From: Octopus sinensis
Taxonomy: Eukaryota
Assembly (NCBI RefSeq): GCF_006345805.1
Contig: NC_043013.1
Coordinates: 26,784,001-26,848,000 of the forward strand
Direction of reading: 5' to 3'
Length of the DNA stretch: 64,000 nucleotides
Shown: piece by piece, positions 27,515-40,915 of the stretch
Numbering within the stretch: the first letter of the stretch is position 1
Layout of the letters: the number at the start of each line of letters is the position of its first letter
The notes under the pieces: generated by a model
What the model was told of the DNA's origin: nothing
Databases searched by the model: none
What the model saw: only the letters and a program-made list of their open reading frames with translations
Position numbers and translations under genes: made by a program

Positions 27515-27710
27515 CATACACTTGTGTGTCTGTGTTTGTCCTCTACCATCGCTTGACAACTGATGTTGGTGTGTTTACATCCCCGTAACTTAGCAGTTCA
27601 GTAAAAGAGACTGATAGAATAAGTACTAGGCTTACAAAGAATAAGTCCGATGTGTTCGATTTACGGTGTTCCAGCATGGCTGCAGTCAAATTATTGAAAC
27701 AGGTAAAAGA
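26448..27710 (+). mobile_element. tRNA-derived SINE family C (internal TA/TG microsatellite) with a nested RTE fragment
   Basis: Head ggcatgactgtgtggtaag...ggttcagtcc through gaaagaagccc at 26448-26600; 3' half (gtgtttgtcc...ccagcatggctgcagtcaaa..gtaaaaga) resumes after 27411. Confidence 0.85.
26609..27411 (-). mobile_element. 5'-truncated RTE LINE (ORF C-terminus plus 3' UTR)
   Basis: 27240-27411 is homologous to 48030-48200 of the long RTE; (CAT)n tail at the left end. Confidence 0.85.
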
Positions 27711-27796
27711 AAAAAAAAAGAAAAGAAAAAGTGTCGATGTGTGGAATAAACTACCCACATGATGATGATGATGATAATGTTTGTTGATGAAAGGAT

Positions 27797-28080
27797 TGTT
27801 CCCAGAGGTGAATTATCCAGACCCCAAAGAATTCCTCTCAACACATGGCTATGATACCCGATTACTTCTGCTCATGATCAGAGATGAACATATCGTCAGC
27901 CACTAAGGGACATGCTCAACTGGTTACGGTCAAACAACTGACAAGCAAATCTGTGGTATTGAGCAGAATATTTGCTGTAACCCATCTTTTATACCAAGAC
28001 AAAACAATGTACATGATAACATGTCCAATCAGTTAAGATCAGAAGCCATGAGAGACAAGGCCTGGTACTGCATAAGGGCA
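27797..28080. repeat. Partial copy of unclassified repeat U
   Basis: High similarity to 29965-30252 including the ggtactgcat..gggcat end. Confidence 0.85.
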
Positions 28081-28339
28081 TTTATCATCATCATCATCAT
28101 CGTCATCAACATTATTATTAAGGTGGCAAGCTGGCAGAATAGTTAACATGCTGGATGAAATACTTAGCAGTATTTCGCCCATTGCTATGTTCTGAGTTCA
28201 AATTCCAGTGAGGTCGACTTTATCTATCATCCTTTCGGGATTGATAAAATAAGCACCAGTTGAGAGCTGGGGTCAATGTAATCGACTATCCCCCACCCCT
28301 AAATTCAGGCCTTGTGACTATAATAGAAAGGATTCTTCT

Positions 28340-28400
28340 TCTTCTTATTATTATTATTATTATCATCATCATCATCATCATCACCACCACCACCACCACC

Positions 28401-28434
<34 letters not shown>

Positions 28435-28457
28435 TCATCATCATTATCACCATCACC

Positions 28458-28491
<34 letters not shown>

Positions 28492-28614
28492 TCATCACCA
28501 CCATCATCACACCACCACCACCACATCATCATCATCATCACCACCACCATCATCATCACCACCATCATCATCATCATCATCATCATCACCACCACCATCA
28601 CCACCACCACCATC

Positions 28615-28648
<34 letters not shown>

Positions 28649-28856
28649 TCATCACCACCATCATCACCACCACCATCACCATCATCATCATCACCACCAC
28701 CATCATCATCACCACCACCATCATCATCATCATCACCACCACCACCACCACCACCACCACCACCACCACCACCATCATCATCATCATTATCATCACCACC
28801 ACCACCACCATCATCACCACCATCATCATCATCACAACCACCACCACCACCACCAT

Positions 28857-28891
<35 letters not shown>

Positions 28892-29067
28892 CCACCACCA
28901 CCACCATCATCATCACCACCTTCATTATCATCATCATCATCATCATCATCACCATCACCACCACCACCACCCCTGCCACCACCATCATCATAATCATCAT
29001 CATCATCATCACCACCATCATCACCACCACCATCACCATCATCATCATCATCATCACCACCACCACC

Positions 29068-29101
<34 letters not shown>

Positions 29102-29142
29102 TCACCACCACCACCATCATCACCACCATCATCATCACCACC

Positions 29143-29174
<32 letters not shown>

Positions 29175-29210
29175 TATTATTGTTATTATTATTATTGTTA
29201 TTATTATTAT
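28340..29210. repeat. ~870-bp mixed (CAT)/(CAC)n trinucleotide array with (TAT)n ends, between two SINE B copies
   Basis: Direct inspection; source of the poly-His 318-aa ORF. Confidence 0.95.
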
Positions 29211-29456
29211 TGTTAAGGCAGTGAGTTGGTAGAATCATTAGCACGCCAGGCAAAATGTTTAGCAGTATTTCATTCGGCTTTATGTTCTGAGTCCAAATTC
29301 TGCTGAGGTTGACTCTCGGCGTTCATAAAAAAAATATCAGTGAAACACTGGAGTCAATGTAATCAGCTATCCCCCTCCCCCAAGTTTCAGGCCTTGTGCG
29401 TTTAGTAGAAAGAATTATTATTATTATTATTAGCATTATTATTATTATTATTATTA

Positions 29457-29652
29457 CATTTGCACAGCTCTAACGTCGGAGATGTACTACGATGACAGCT
29501 GTTCACTACCACTGAACTAAGGTAACACTTCTTATTTTTCAAGCACCTTCCAGAGTATTCAAGCGGTTCCAAGCAGTGCTGTTTTCTGCAAGTGCTCCAC
29601 CCTTATTGCAGCCTCTATTTGTTCCACATACTTCCCGAGATTTTTGCTCACT

Positions 29653-29654
<2 letters not shown>
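29457..29654 (-). mobile_element. Short 3' fragment of Dong/R4-type LINE, family D
   Basis: Minus strand TVSKNLGKYVEQI....RVEHLQKTALLGTA*ILWKVLEK* matches the R4/Dong ORF terminus LQK.ALLGTA.ILRKVL; (TAA)n on both sides. Confidence 0.75.
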
Positions 29655-29696
<42 letters not shown>

Positions 29697-30252
29697 GAGT
29701 GAGAGAGCAGTGCGTGCCATCAAAGTGACACTGGGGTAAAATATACGAAGCCCAGTATATCTATCATGACTACCCGTCTGATAAGGGTACACCAGGCACA
29801 TGCATCACAACCATATGTGCACGACATGGTGATCTCATATCAAGACAAACAGCACATGACCTTGCAGGTGGGGCCCAGTTAGAATTTTCTTCAGGTTGAG
29901 TAGCCCATCCCGCTCAAAAGGTCCCTGAATAAGGGTTGTTTAAGGATGTTGAACGAAACACCCATGTTTCCAGAGGTGAATTATTCAAACCCCAAAGAAC
30001 CCCTCTCAACACATGGCTATGATGCTCCCCCACTACTTCTGCTCGTGATCAGAGATGCACATATCGTCAGCCACCAAGGGACATGCTCAATTGGTTAAGG
30101 TCAAACAACTGACAAGCAAATCTGTGGTACTGAGCAGAATATTTGCTGTAGCCCATCTTTTATACCAAGACAAAACAATGTACATGATAACACTTCCAAT
30201 CAGTTAAGACCAGAAGCCACGAGAGACACTGCTTGGTACTGCATCGGGGCAT
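29697..30252. repeat. Unclassified ~555-bp non-coding interspersed repeat U, full length
   Basis: Reverse-complement full-length copy at 54347-54902 with the same two ends; TTA repeats on both sides; no TIR, tRNA head or ORF seen. Confidence 0.9.
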
Positions 30253-30266
30253 TTATTATTATTATT

Positions 30267-32257
30267 TTTTTTTTCTTCTTTCAAATTTGCTTCCATTTCT
30301 TGCCGAGTGTCTTCCCGACTCCTAGGGCAAAGAAACTCATAGTATACATTGGTAGGCCATTAAACCAAACTCAATAGTTCGTTCATTTAAAAAAAAAATT
30401 TTTTTTTTTTTTTAAGTTAAATTAAAATACATGAGCAGCAACAGTTCTCACATCGACAATGCTCTTCTCAATACGTGTGATGTACCAGTTACGACAATCT
30501 TTTGCACTTCTTGCAGGGATGGTAAGCCAGGGATCATTCTCATATAATTTTCGGTTCCCTTCTTGATCATTCCTAGTGCTCCTACGATCACTGGTATTGT
30601 AACCGCCTTGAGATGCCACATTTTCTCAATTTCAATGAGTAGGTCTTTATATTTTCTGAGCTTGTCAAACTCTTTCGCTGAGATATTATGATCACAGGGG
30701 ATGCTCATGTCGATCAATAAGCAGACTTTATTGTTTTGGTCTTTCACAACAATATCTGGTTTATTGGCCTTGATGGTTCGGTCTGTATGTACTGGAAAGA
30801 CCTACAGAATGGTTACATTTTCTCCTTCAGTTACAGCCTCAGGGTGGTGATTATACCACTTGTCGGCAGTTTTGATATTGTAATGCCGACTTATTAGCCA
30901 GTGTAGATATTGGCCAACTCTGTCATGTCTTAATTTATACTCCACTGGTGCTAAGACTTTACATCCAGAGATTAGGTGGTCCACTGTTTCAATCATGTCG
31001 TTGCAGAATCGGCATTTTGGGTCTGCTCCATTTTTCATCACATTGGCCTGGTAGTTCCGGGTTAATAGGCTTTGATCTTGAGCAGCCAGGATGAAACCTT
31101 CGCTCTCTGCTTTTAGCCCTGAGCTCCGTAGCCACTGATGGGTTTGCTTCTGGTTAACATCAGCTTGTTTGCTGCGGGCCACATATTTGCCGTGCAGAGG
31201 TTTCTCCTCCCACCTATCAGCCAATTGCTCGTGCGCTTTTTTCGTTGCCATTATTTTTACCTTCTTTGCAACAATAGTTGCCATACTTCCCTCGGGTTGT
31301 TCAGTTTGGGTATCCTGCACGAGATCAATAGCAAATTTTTTGCTTTCCTTTATGATAGAATGAAGCTTCTTTCGTCTCTCGTAATTTTCCACGAGCTTTA
31401 GCATCCAGTCATTCGTTATTTCGAGATATTTGGCCAGTCCAATTGTGGTTGTTTTGTAAGCTAGTTCAAATTGGATCAGGCCTCGACCTCCTTGGGCTCT
31501 GGGAAGGTAAAGGCGATCTACGTCTGCCTTTGGGTGGTGCATCCTATTACAACTCAGCAGCTTGCGTATTTTCCTATCTATATTCTTTACTTCACTCATA
31601 TTCCAGTTCAACACATTGTAGCTATAAGTAACAACTGGAACTGCTAAGGAATTTATAGCTAACACCTTGTTACGTGCATTTAGTTCAGATTTCAGGACTG
31701 CACGAACTCTCCTATAACATTCCTTCCTGATCTTCTCTTTCATGCTTGCATGCTGAATACCAGAGCCTTCATTTATCCCTAAATATTTGTATGTTTGTTC
31801 TTGCTCAAGCTCTCTTATGACTGTGTCAACATCTAACATGACTGAATTTGTGGTCTTCACTTTCCCTTTCTGGAAAGTGGCCTTGGCACACTTCTCAAGT
31901 CCAAACTCCATTCCGATGTCATCGCTGAATGCTTTCACAGTGCGCAATAGGCCTTCAAGTTCATTATTGTCTTTACCATAGAGTTTTAAGTCATCCATAT
32001 AAAATAGATGGCTTATTTTTTATTGGCAATTTTATACCCATACCCTGTTCTGTTTAATTCACTTGTAAGGGGTATTAGGGCTATGCAGAATATTAAAGGT
32101 GAAAGTGAGTCACCTTGAAAAATTCCACAGTTGATGTTTATATTTTCTGAGGCAAGTACTCCATTAGAGTGGTATAATTGGAGATTCGTATTCCACAACG
32201 ACATATTGTGCTTCAGGAAGTTTGAAATCACAGGGGAAATTTTGAAGATGTCCAGCG
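30267..32257 (-). mobile_element. 5'-truncated Dong/R4-clade non-LTR retrotransposon, family A (RT, CCHC knuckle, RLE endonuclease)
   Basis: GIFQGDSLSPLIF, YMDDLKLY, YKYLG, CRFCNDMIETVDHLISGC, KPDIVVKD...LIDMSIP...KLRKY. One frameshift near 32012 and a TGG>TAG stop at 30802-30804; A-rich 3' end then (TAA)n. Confidence 0.93.
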
Positions 32258-32274
32258 ATTATTATTATTATTAA

Positions 32275-32323
<49 letters not shown>

Positions 32324-32935
32324 GTTGTCATTTACTTTTAATCACTTGCCGGGGCACACCCAGCACCCTAGGGCAAGTGAAGGTTAAGAGTTGTTGAAAT
32401 ATAGCTGAAAGCTTGTGGAGTGGAAGTAGAGAAATATCTCCATGTAATACAACACAAACATTTACATTGATAGGGTTTTTCTAAGAATGTGGGCAGTACT
32501 TGTTAGCACAATCTTTTGGATTTCCTTGAGACATGGTTCTCCAGGGATATTGTCTAGGTGTTTCTGACATCCCTTTTTTATCATACCTAGGGCACCTACA
32601 ATAACAGGAACAGTTTTTGTTTTAAGATTCCACATCTTTTGTATTTCGATTTCCAGGTCCTTATATTTACTGAGTTTGTCAAATTCCTTTACAGATATAT
32701 TGTTATCAGTGGGGACGCTTACCTCTATTAGTCTGCAGGTATTTTCTTCCCTGTCTTTAACAATTATGTCTGGTCGATTAGCCTTGATCGTTCTGTCAGT
32801 ATTGACTGGAAAATCCCAGAGGATGGTGACATTTTTACCTTCGACAACTGGCTGAGGATGATGTTCATACCAGTTAGCAGGGGTGCCAAATTTGTAGTGT
32901 TTACATATCTTCCAATGTATATACTGTCCTACCCT
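32324..32935 (-). mobile_element. 3' fragment of a second Dong/R4 family (B) with an uninterrupted RLE reading frame
   Basis: 32935-32462 translates without stops: RVGQYIHWKICKHY...LWDFPVNTDRTIKANRPDIIVKDREENTCRLIEVSVP...KLSKYKDL...ILRKTLSM*. Missed by the ORF track because no early start codon. Confidence 0.92.
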
Positions 32936-32965
32936 ATAATATTATTATTATTATTATTATTATCA

Positions 32966-33035
<70 letters not shown>

Positions 33036-33037
33036 CA

Positions 33038-33107
<70 letters not shown>

Positions 33108-34748
33108 CATTATCATTAAGACAGTGAGTTGGTAGAAGTGTTAGCATTCTGAAGAAAATGTTTCATAGCATTTCTTCTGGTCTTATATTCTGAGTTGAAA
33201 TGGTCAACCTCAACTTCCATCCTTTCAGTGGCAATAAAATTAGTACCAGTCATGTCCTGGGGTTGATATACTCAACCTGTCTGCTCCCCTCATTACTCTC
33301 ACCAGTCTTGTGGGACTCAGAAATGTCACTGGTGTTTATTCTGTCCTTCTGGCTTCTTCATGCACAAAACTTTTACATATTTTTTTCCAATTTATTGCCT
33401 TCTCACCTCTGGCAGAAAAAAAACTAAAGTTGAACATGTCAAGATTTGAACTGAAAAATATAGAGATGTGAAATTAAATACGAGAAGTCACTTAATCCTG
33501 TGATGCTACAAGTTCTTCTATTCCTCTGACTTATATTTCCAGCAAAATAATAGTAATAAAAAATACCAAAAAAAAAAAAATGAAACAAATGGAAAATGGA
33601 AAATATCTTTATAGATAAAATGTGAATCAAAATATCTTTGTATCCATTATTTCTTGATGTCTGCCATTTCAAAATAAAAATGGAAAGAAATATTTGCTAA
33701 CTTCTCTGGGACAATTGAAAATAAAGGGTGACACATTTATAGCTATATTTAATAGCATCTTGTGTGAATATTCTTTGAATCTATGACTTTTATATGACTT
33801 TCTTTTGTGAAGAGTTTATTAGATATCTACACTTGCATCTTCCTAACTCACCTCAAAGGCATTGGTTTCAATGGTTATAGTGATGCTGGTGCAGACAATC
33901 ATCAAATCATTAATACATTCCACATTTCCTTTCAATACAAATCTCTCCTAAAATAGATTTTTCCAGGCATTGTCCTAAACATCAATAAGAGAATGGGATG
34001 ATTGTTGTCTCAAACTAAATGCCAACAAAATCCAAAATAATAGATTTCTTTCAAATGAAAAATATGATGAAATTTATCATGGAAAGAAAGTATCATCGGT
34101 CTTGATGGCACCGACATTCCTATTTCTCACAATGCCAAAATCCTAGCATTATATTAGATAAATATATGACCTTTAACCAACATAGCATTCACTTGATCAA
34201 TCATATCATTCTTATGTTGCTTCATAAAACGTTAATATAATGGAGTCCTGTAACCCATCGGGTGATGGAGACACTGCTGAAGACTTGGTCTTTGTGTAGC
34301 AGTCTATCTTATGACAAGTTAGACTGCCCCAGCCCATTCATCTCGGAACTACGGTAGACAGCAGGATCTGAGGAAACTAGTAATGGTTTGTATTGCCAGT
34401 CACCAGAGTGGAACAAATTAATTTCTCCATGAGGAAGAGGAAAAAGGAATCTAATATTTTATGCAAAATCTTTTGTAGAATTCATAAGATTTAAACATGG
34501 TACCTCAAGGCAAAGAAGCATTTGTCAATTATATAGGACTGGACTATGCAAGTCTCATAATTCTTTTGTGGATTTTAGAATGGAGCATCATTTTGAAGAA
34601 ATCACTGTCTTCATGTGAAGCAGTGATTCTCAATCTTTTTCCCTATGGACCCCTTTGATTCCGATTTACTCTACTGGACCTCCATTGCCATTTTGATGTT
34701 TTAAAAAATTCTATTATATTTTTATAATGAAATATTACTCTTTTACTA

Positions 34749-35165
34749 TTTTACTTGTTTCAGTCATTTGACTGCAGCCATGCTGGAGCACCGCCTTTTA
34801 GTCAAGCAAATTGACCCCATGACTTATTCTTTGGAAGCCTAGTACTTATTCTATCGGTCTCTTTTGCCAAACCACTAAGTTACAGGCACGTAAACACACC
34901 ACCATCAGTTGTCAAGCGATGTTGGGGGGGACAAACACAGACACACAAACATATATACACACATACATATATATATACATACATATACATACATATATAC
35001 AATGGGCTTCTTTCAGTTTCCGTCTACCAAATCCATTTACAAGGCTTTGGTTGGCCCGAGGATATATAGTAAAAAACACTTGCCCAAGGTGCCACACAGT
35101 GGGACTGAACCTGGAACCATGTGGTTGGTAAGCAAGCTACTTACCACACAGCCACTCCTGTGCCT
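34749..35165 (-). mobile_element. Full-length tRNA-derived SINE family C; other pieces at 14020-14120, 20030-20190, 21195-21310, 22058-22215, 26020-26345, 38445-38580, 39590-40123, 41370-41730, 56995-57135, 60692-61438
   Basis: Minus strand aggcacaggagtggctgtgtggtaagtagc (A box), ggttcagtccc (B box), internal TA/TG microsatellite, 3' gctccagcatggctgcagtcaaatgactgaaacaagtaaaa. Confidence 0.9.
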
Positions 35166-35880
35166 ATTATTAGGAACTGTATAACAAAAATTGTTAAAAT
35201 ATTTTGTGTTTCATAGAAATATAATCAATTTATTGCACATAAACAGTAAAATCTTATATGGGCCTCCAAGGCTCATATGCAACCATAAGGGTCATATGGA
35301 GATCACTGATCTTGAGTATCAAGGGCAAACTCGTTTGATGGAGCTCATCTTAATCCAAGTGAGACATTCAGAATAACATTTTTGTTTAACACTACAAACT
35401 GAAGAAACACTCATCAATTTACAGAGCTCCCACTGCTTAAAGTAGTGAGCTGTGTGCTAAGAGCAATGAGCAATCTGAGTGACAGTCTTGTTGGTCAATG
35501 CCATGATATAGTGCCAGAGATGGTTGTTTTTGTTGTTGCTGTTACTTAGCCCCAGTTGGACCTGATCAAGCAGATCTATGATCAATGATATTCCAGTCAT
35601 GACCATCCAAGCTTTCTAAGGCTTAAAAGCTGCCTGATGGTGCAGTTTTTAAGCTAGTTCCTATGGAAGGCTTTTCATTGGGCTTTGGGCCCAACAATGA
35701 CACTTCATGCTTTGAGTACATATTAAATTTTATTAAACTTGACCAATATTTTTCAAGCAATAAACAATTCTCATCAAGACAATGATATAATTTGTTGAAT
35801 TGGAACTTATTGCAAAGCTTCATGATAAACATTTTTTTGTCTTCCTATTCAGGGGTCAGTACAATTTTTTTCTGTCAAAC

Positions 35881-35971
<91 letters not shown>

Positions 35972-36599
35972 TTCTGTTGATTGTTTTCAACCATCACCAT
36001 CGCCACCACAACTACCACACACACACACCATTCAAACTTCTGACACCACCACCATCATTACCTTTGAGTTTGCCACCTTCCCTTCTACCACCATCACCAC
36101 TGTCTTTCACATCGCTTACTATCACCATCATCCCTGACTGCCTTGGCTACCACCACCACCACCACCACCACCACCACCACCACCATCACTGTTGCCTCTG
36201 CCTCTATCACAACTACAACTCATACTTTTACTATCACCCCATTACCATCACAACTGTCAATCTACTACCACCCCCACAATCTCTATGCCTGGTATTACTC
36301 TCACACCACCAAGAGGAGTAGAAGAAGTGCGACTGAAAAGTGAGAGAGGAGGGTTGAAGTGTGACACACTGACACACAGAAATTTGTTTGGGCATTTATA
36401 ATTATAGATGGCTGGGTGTGATTTTAGGTAGATTTAGCTGCTATTTCTTGCAGATCAAGTGATAAAATATGCAGGTTTCCATCGGCTTTCTTGGAGGAAC
36501 TGAAAACAATTCTGGTTCACATTTTTTACGATGAGTGCCCCAGTATGGTTGAAACCAGTCAAAGAATATAAAACAGAAATCCTATCACTGTCACCTTAA

Positions 36600-37386
36600 G
36601 ATGACAGCTGACATCATCATCATCATCACCATCACCACTGTCATTGTTATTGTTGTCATCAACATCATCCACGTTATCATCATCATCATCATCCTCATGA
36701 AAATCATCAATATCAAGAAAATAATTAACCCTCATCATCCTCGTCATACACACCACCACCATCTTCATAAACATCATTATCAGCATCATCATCATTATCT
36801 ATATTAATCCTCATTCTCTTCATCAGCATCATTATCATCGTCATAAACATCATCATAATCATCACCACCGTAATCATCATCATCATCATCATCATCATTG
36901 TCGTCGTCACTATCATCGTCATCATAAACAACATCATCATCATTATAAATATCATCTCCATCATCAAAATAATAAACCATCATCATCATTCATACCCTCC
37001 ACTTCTTCCTCCTCTTCCTCACCATCATCATCACCACTGTTATTGTCATCACTATCATCAAAATCATCCATATTATTTTCATCATCATCATAAGCATCAT
37101 CCACATCATCAAAATAAATCATCATCATCATCCATATTGTCATCATCCTCATTATCATTATCATTATCATCATCATTATCATCAGCAGCAGCAGTAGTGG
37201 CAGTATCACTTAATATCAGACTTTTCCATGCTGGTATGAGTTGGGTGAGCTGTAGTGGTAGTAGTGGTGTTGGTAGGTGGTGGTCGTGGGTGGAGAGAAG
37301 CATTTCTTATTGCTAGTGACTTCCAAAATTTTATTGGCTGGTGTACTTGGTGTTGACAAATGAATTTTATGTGTGAATATGTATGA

Positions 37387-37427
<41 letters not shown>

Positions 37428-37465
37428 TGTGTCACATCATATGTATATCTGTGAATGTATACAGG

Positions 37466-37497
<32 letters not shown>

Positions 37498-38022
37498 CAC
37501 GCACATGTATGTGTCACCACTTGTGTGTGTGTGTATATGCATGAGTGTCTGTGTGTGAGCATACATGTGTGTATGTGTGTGTATCACTCCATGTGTGTAT
37601 GTGTGAATGCATACATGTGTGTATGTCAGTATGTGTGTGTGTAAGAGTGTGTGTGTGTATGTATGTGTGTGCGTGTGTGCATGGGTGCCACATAATATGT
37701 ATACCTCTGCACACAAGTGCGTGTGCATACATGTATGTGTGTGCGTAGTGTGCATGCATGTGTGTGCATATGCATGTGTGTTACTTCATATGTGTATGCG
37801 TGAGTGCATACATGTGTATATGTCAGTATGTGTGTGTGTGTATACATTGTCTGTGTGTGCATACATTGTGTTTGTGTGTGTATGTGTGTGCGTATGTGTG
37901 TGTGTCACTTCATATGTGTATGCATGAGTGCATACATGTGTGTATGTCAGTATGTGTGTGTGTATACATTGTGTGTGTGTGTGTGTGTGTGGTGTGTGTG
38001 TGTATGTGTGTGTGTGTGTGTG
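36600..38022. repeat. (CAT)n-rich tract (36600-37200) followed by a cryptic (GT)n tract with higher-order units (37370-38022)
   Basis: Direct inspection; unit catacatgtgt(g/a)tatgtcagtatgtgtgtg recurs near 37610, 37805 and 37930. Confidence 0.9.
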
Positions 38023-38649
38023 AAGATCATACATCCAATAAACCATTAATGCCAGTCGGTACATTTGTGTAATTTTTGTGTACTTTCTGCATGGCTGCTT
38101 CAAAGAAATGTTGTGTATATGATATTATATTTACTTCATGCATGAGTTGTTACACTTATAACAAACCTATCTATCTGTCCAGCTATTTTAATGTATGAAA
38201 TTCTCTTATGTCTCTCTATACTTATCAAATATTCTCTTTTCTACCCCCCACCCCCACCCCGCTCCTCCTGCCGTCTCTCTCTCTTCCTCGTTTTCTGACC
38301 AAAAATCAATCACAAATAATTCTATTGAGTTTATGTCACAAACACATATTCTAATTTCAATAATTAAGAAATAAAGTGAGCTAAGGGAAATAACTGATGT
38401 AGACCAATGGCATGAATTGAGGAGACAGATGAATTCACAGGCGAGGTGTGTGAGGTTAACAAGCTTGCTTCCCAGTCACACTGTCTCAAGTTCAGTCTCA
38501 CTGAGCAGCACCTTGGGCAAAAGTTTTCTACAATTGACCCAGGTCAACTAAAACCCTGGGAGTGGATTTGGTAGATGTCATTAATACAATTTTACATACA
38601 TATATATATATATAATATATATATATATATATACATATATATATCTCTC

Positions 38650-39085
38650 TTCTCCTCTCATGTGACCGCTGGTCAACCAGCCTTCCGGCTTCTGACCAGC
38701 ACCAAGAGAACATCGTTTTCTTCGTCTGCCAAAAAAGGCATTTTTTCCAAATACGCCAGCTAAACTAAGTTGTACTGTCTATAGTCGTAAGACACCCGCT
38801 GTTTTTGTCCTGTTATTTCTATTATTGTTTTTTGTATTTATATTCGTGTGGCATCATCCGTTTTTCTGTCTTTGTTTCATATACATTCGATCCTTTTTCC
38901 AAGAAATCTAATGCTTGTAGCTTAGTTTTTCTTTGGGGCTGACCGGATTGGAGCGATCTCAAGATTAATCAGCCAAAATTGCGAGGATGATCTGGTTCTT
39001 GACTGAAGATTGGGGGCTTCGAATGTTCCGTCCGTGTTTTTTGTATCATCTTCTAAATGTTTTACGTTCTTGTCCCAGTTTGTAT
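38650..39085 (+). repeat. Unclassified TA-flanked element, possibly Penelope-terminus-like
   Basis: Begins atgtgaccgc like 8723; contains ggctga...tcagcc-aaaatt and ctgaaga...gaatgtt, resembling decayed hammerhead parts. Confidence 0.35.
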
Positions 39086-39114
39086 TTTTCTACATATAAT
39101 AATATATATATATA

Positions 39115-39174
<60 letters not shown>

Positions 39175-39789
39175 TATATACATATGCATCTGTACATACA
39201 TCTATACGTATATATATATACATAAGTGGGCACAGGATGTCATGAAACGTGTACAACAATAAGCATAAGTACATGGAACATGAACTATTCTTTCAAACAA
39301 CGAAAGACACAAGTGGAAAATAAAACAAACATAAAGAATGACCCTTCATCAGTTGTTGGTTGTTTTTCTAGTCTTGTATCTCAAGCATGTAACAACAATT
39401 TATACGTTGATAAAACAGTTGCTCACACAAAGCAAATTAAATATAATTTGGGCCTTTTGCGGAGAGTCAAAATAGGTAACACAAACAGGACAGTGCAAAC
39501 AAACAGGAAGGGCTGCTAAGCCGAAATGAGGTTGTGGTGGTGAATGCGTAAATCAAGCTGGGACAGGAGACAAAAAAAAATATATATATTCTTTTACTTG
39601 ATTCAGTCATTTGACTGCAGCCATGCTGGAGCACCACCTTTTGCCGAGCAAATTGACCCCAGGACTTATTCTCTGTAAGCCTAGTACTTATTCTATCGGT
39701 CTTTTTAGCTGAACTGCTAAGTTACGGAGACATAAATACAGCAAAGCGATGTTGGGAAGACAAACACAGACACACAAGCACATACATAC

Positions 39790-39892
<103 letters not shown>

Positions 39893-39980
39893 GAAATATT
39901 AAAATTACTAAGTCTCTCTAAAAAGCGGTCAGCTTTTTTCTTATTTTTATAAGAATGCCATATTAGTATGGCGATAACTA

Positions 39981-40011
<31 letters not shown>

Positions 40012-40332
40012 TACGACAGGCTTCTTTCAGTTTCCATCTATCAAATCCACTCAAGAGGCTTTGGTCGCCCGAGGCTATAGTAGAAGACACTTGCCCAAGG
40101 TGCCATGCAGTGGGACTGAACCCTCTGTGGCATCCAGCCACAGAAAATCTGCTGCAACAAATTCCATCTGACCCATGCAAGCCTAGAAAATGACCATTAG
40201 GGGAAAATTTCAAATAAACTTCTTTTTGTTTTTTTGCATACAACAAAGCCTTGTGAGTGGGTTTTGTAGGCAGAAACTGAAAGAAGCCTGGTCGTGTATG
40301 TATGTATGTATGTATGTGTGTGTGTGTGTGTG

Positions 40333-40429
<97 letters not shown>

Positions 40430-40511
40430 GCATATATATATATGTATATATATATACTTACATACATACATACATGCATATATATATATATAAATATAAA
40501 TATATATATAT

Positions 40512-40670
40512 ATAGTTGGAATTTGCAAAAAACAAACGACAAAGACAGGTGTATTAGTTTAATGCTTGGGAAGGTGAGAAATCTTTTACATTTCAAGCCT
40601 ATGCTCTTCAACAGAAAGGAACATGAGAAAATAAACAGAAAGAGAATAAAAATGAAAGCTTTAGTAGCTA
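40512..40670 (-). mobile_element. Short TA-flanked Penelope-terminus-like element with a decayed hammerhead-like motif; sister copy at 52185-52300
   Basis: Minus strand ttt-CTGTTGA-AGAGCatagGCTT-GAAATGT-A-aaa (40584-40617); shared acagg(a)tgtattagtttaa. Confidence 0.5.
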
Positions 40671-40679
40671 GCGGTCAAT

Positions 40680-40915
40680 CAGTGTGGCCTAAAAGTAGAC
40701 TTACAGTTATCACATAGGTACCTTAATGTTCATTTAAAACATTTTATTACATTTAAATTTCTATCTTACAAACTGAAAAGGGGGCTTGACAAAATTAACT
40801 AAATTAGCATAGAGTAATAGTTTCATATTTTTCTTATAATTAAGATCTAAACTGTTAATATATGAATGTGAAAGAGATAGATGAATAACTGTAAACCTAC
40901 TTTTGGGCCACCCTG
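40680..40915. mobile_element. Tc1/mariner-type MITE
   Basis: Imperfect ~31-bp TIRs: cagtgtggcctaaaagtagacttacagttat (40680-40710) versus the reverse complement of ataactgtaaacctacttttgggccaccctg (40885-40915), with TA after the right end. Confidence 0.75.

Noticed and set aside
28260-29216. 318-aa poly-His ORF and the many poly-I/M/D/YI/CV/LSIY ORFs throughout the track
   Set aside because: They are translations of microsatellites that are open in several frames on both strands, with no non-repetitive coding content.
34621-34740. hAT-like terminus cagtgattctcaa
   Set aside because: Only one end is seen, with no matching TIR or 8-bp TSD.
39226-39570. TA-flanked segment containing gaaacgt and a reverse-strand ctgatga
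   Set aside because: The two half-motifs are on opposite strands and cannot form one hammerhead; left as an unclassified repeat.
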